Shown here: positions 46,134 through 47,349 of the stretch, in pieces
How the letters are laid out: each line of letters starts with the position of its first letter
Numbering within the stretch: the first letter of the stretch is position 1
Notes under the pieces: model-generated
Databases searched by the model: none
The model's input: only the letters and a program-made list of their open reading frames with translations
Told to the model about the DNA's origin: nothing
Made by a program: the position numbers and the translations under genes
From: Candidatus Limnocylindrales bacterium
GTDB lineage: Bacteria; Chloroflexota; Limnocylindria; Limnocylindrales; CSP1-4
Direction of reading: 5' to 3'
DNA length: 47,349 nt
NCBI GenBank assembly: GCA_044868045.1
Contig: JBIOWA010000282.1
Span: forward strand, 1 to 47,349

Positions 46134-47349
46134 TCACGGATCGGCCCAGGGCCGTCGTCATGGTTGGCAACCCGGTCAACCCGTACTCGCGGGCGATCCG
46201 CATCGGTCGGACGTTGGCCGATGCCGGGTACGACGTCGAGATCGTCGCGACGACCGAACCCGGCGCACCGCTCGAGCAGCGCGACGGCCCGCTGGTGATC
46301 CGCCGCTACCCGGCGAGCGGCGTGTTCGCGGGGCTCGCATCTACGTACCGGTGGGAATCGCCCGCCGCCGGCCGCCGCCCACCGTTGCGGACCCGGGTGG
46401 TCCGGAAGCTCCGGTTGGGTCCGGCGTCGTGGATCCTCTGGCCGCACACGGTCCGGGGCTGGTGGCACTCGCTCCGGACTGAGCTCGCCCCGGCCGACCT
46501 CTACCACGCGTGTGGCGTGCTGGCGATCGCTCCGGCACTCGCCGCGCGGCGGCGCGATCGACGCGACGGTCGGTCGTCGGCGGTCGTCTTCGACGTCATC
46601 GACATCACGCTTCGCTCGAACAACGTGCTCGGGATGCCGAGGGTCGTCCGTTGGCTGCTCGGACGTCGTGAACGGCGATGGGCTCGAGCCGCCGACGCCC
46701 ACGTCACGGTGAACGAGGACATCGCCGACGAGGCCAAGGCACGGTGGTCGCTGGCGAGGCGCCCGGCGGTCGTCCCGAATTATCCGGAGCCCCGGGACGC
46801 CGCGGACGGGGAGGGCCCGGGGCGCATCCGGGCGGCGACCGGTCTTCCGACGACGACGCGCATCTGTCTCTTCCAGGGACGCCTCGGTCCCTACGTCGGC
46901 TTGGATGAGGCCTCCGAGGCAGTCCTGCTCATCCCGAACGCGGCAATCGTCGTGCTCGGCTTCGGACGGGGATGGGACGCGAGCGTCGCTCGCGACAAGG
47001 ACCCGCGGTATGCGGGGCGCCATTTCACGCTGCCGGCGGTCCATCCCGACGATCTGGCCTCTTGGGTTGCCTCCGCCGACATCGCCCTCTGCACGCTCCC
47101 GCCGCTGTCATTCAACCAGCGTCACGCGACACCGAACAAGTTCTTCGAGGCGATGGCCGCCGGGACCCCGATCGTGCTCGGCCCGGACCTGCCGGTGATG
47201 GAGGAGATCCTGCGGCGCGAGGATGCCGGTGTCGTCGCGCGATCGATGGCGCCGGCCGATATCGCGACGGCGATCACCGAGATCCTCGATCGGCCGCAGG
47301 CGGAGCTGGAGGCGTGGCGGCGTCGGATCCGGGCTGCGGCCAGGGAACG
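46130..47349 (+). CDS. GT4-family glycosyltransferase, paralog of the preceding gene, 3'-truncated by the window edge
   Basis: My own translation from the GTG at 46130 (GTGA overlap): VITDRPRAVVMVGNPVNPYSRAIRIGRTLADAGYDVEIV ... NQRHATPNKFFEAMAAGTPIVLGPDLPVM ... The frame is open to the end of the window. It is absent from the ORF track because no stop is reached. Confidence 0.75.
   Translation, partial: MITDRPRAVVMVGNPVNPYSRAIRIGRTLADAGYDVEIVATTEPGAPLEQRDGPLVIRRYPASGVFAGLASTYRWESPAAGRRPPLRTRVVRKLRLGPASWILWPHTVRGWWHSLRTELAPADLYHACGVLAIAPALAARRRDRRDGRSSAVVFDVIDITLRSNNVLGMPRVVRWLLGRRERRWARAADAHVTVNEDIADEAKARWSLARRPAVVPNYPEPRDAADGEGPGRIRAATGLPTTTRICLFQGRLGPYVGLDEASEAVLLIPNAAIVVLGFGRGWDASVARDKDPRYAGRHFTLPAVHPDDLASWVASADIALCTLPPLSFNQRHATPNKFFEAMAAGTPIVLGPDLPVMEEILRREDAGVVARSMAPADIATAITEILDRPQAELEAWRRRIRAAARE

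Overview
Very GC-rich chromosomal window (about 70% by eye, not computed). Most long antisense ORFs in the six-frame track are shadow ORFs. I support about 48 protein-coding genes and found no rRNA, tRNA, CRISPR array, transposase, integrase or reverse transcriptase. The gene content suggests a deep-branching Actinomycetota-like (possibly Chloroflexota-like) organism, but this cannot be settled without a search: RskA-like anti-sigma fragment, GuaB3-type IMPDH paralog, DUF385 deazaflavin-type protein, Ppm1-like GT2, plus MreB/MreC, YaaQ/DarA and SLH-type anchors. Left half (1-24.2 kb), in order: a GAF-GGDEF cyclase divergent from a tightly coupled darA(YaaQ)-MaoC-MFS-NUDIX operon; a DHA2 efflux pump with a TetR and a perfect palindromic operator; guaB3; a four-gene lipoprotein/receiver/histidine kinase/LuxR operon; a lipoprotein alpha/beta hydrolase; an orphan LuxR regulator with a +1 frameshift in its HTH; guaA with an unavoidable N-terminal extension; an uncharacterised co-directional cluster of zinc-ribbon and membrane proteins ending in a CPBP protease; and radC-mreB-mreC. 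Right half (24.2-47.3 kb) is a cell-envelope glycan supercluster: rmlABDC; two secreted proteins with triple SLH-like anchors (one a GH18 multidomain hydrolase); a polyprenol-P-mannose synthase-like GT2; several GT4 transferases; a DUF3048 lipoprotein; a WbpA/B/D/E-like set for 2,3-diacetamido uronic acid; and two tandem 2-epimerases. The items I rank highest for follow-up: (i) a 329-bp structured intergenic region with a diverged 180-bp tandem duplication inside the glycan cluster; (ii) the zinc-ribbon/membrane/CPBP cluster; (iii) a membrane-anchored protein with eight exact 15-residue repeats that heads the Wbp-like operon; (iv) the DarA-headed operon; (v) a 273-bp insert that duplicates the 3' end of the NUDIX gene. 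All functional calls rest on motif recognition from memory, and no database search was possible.
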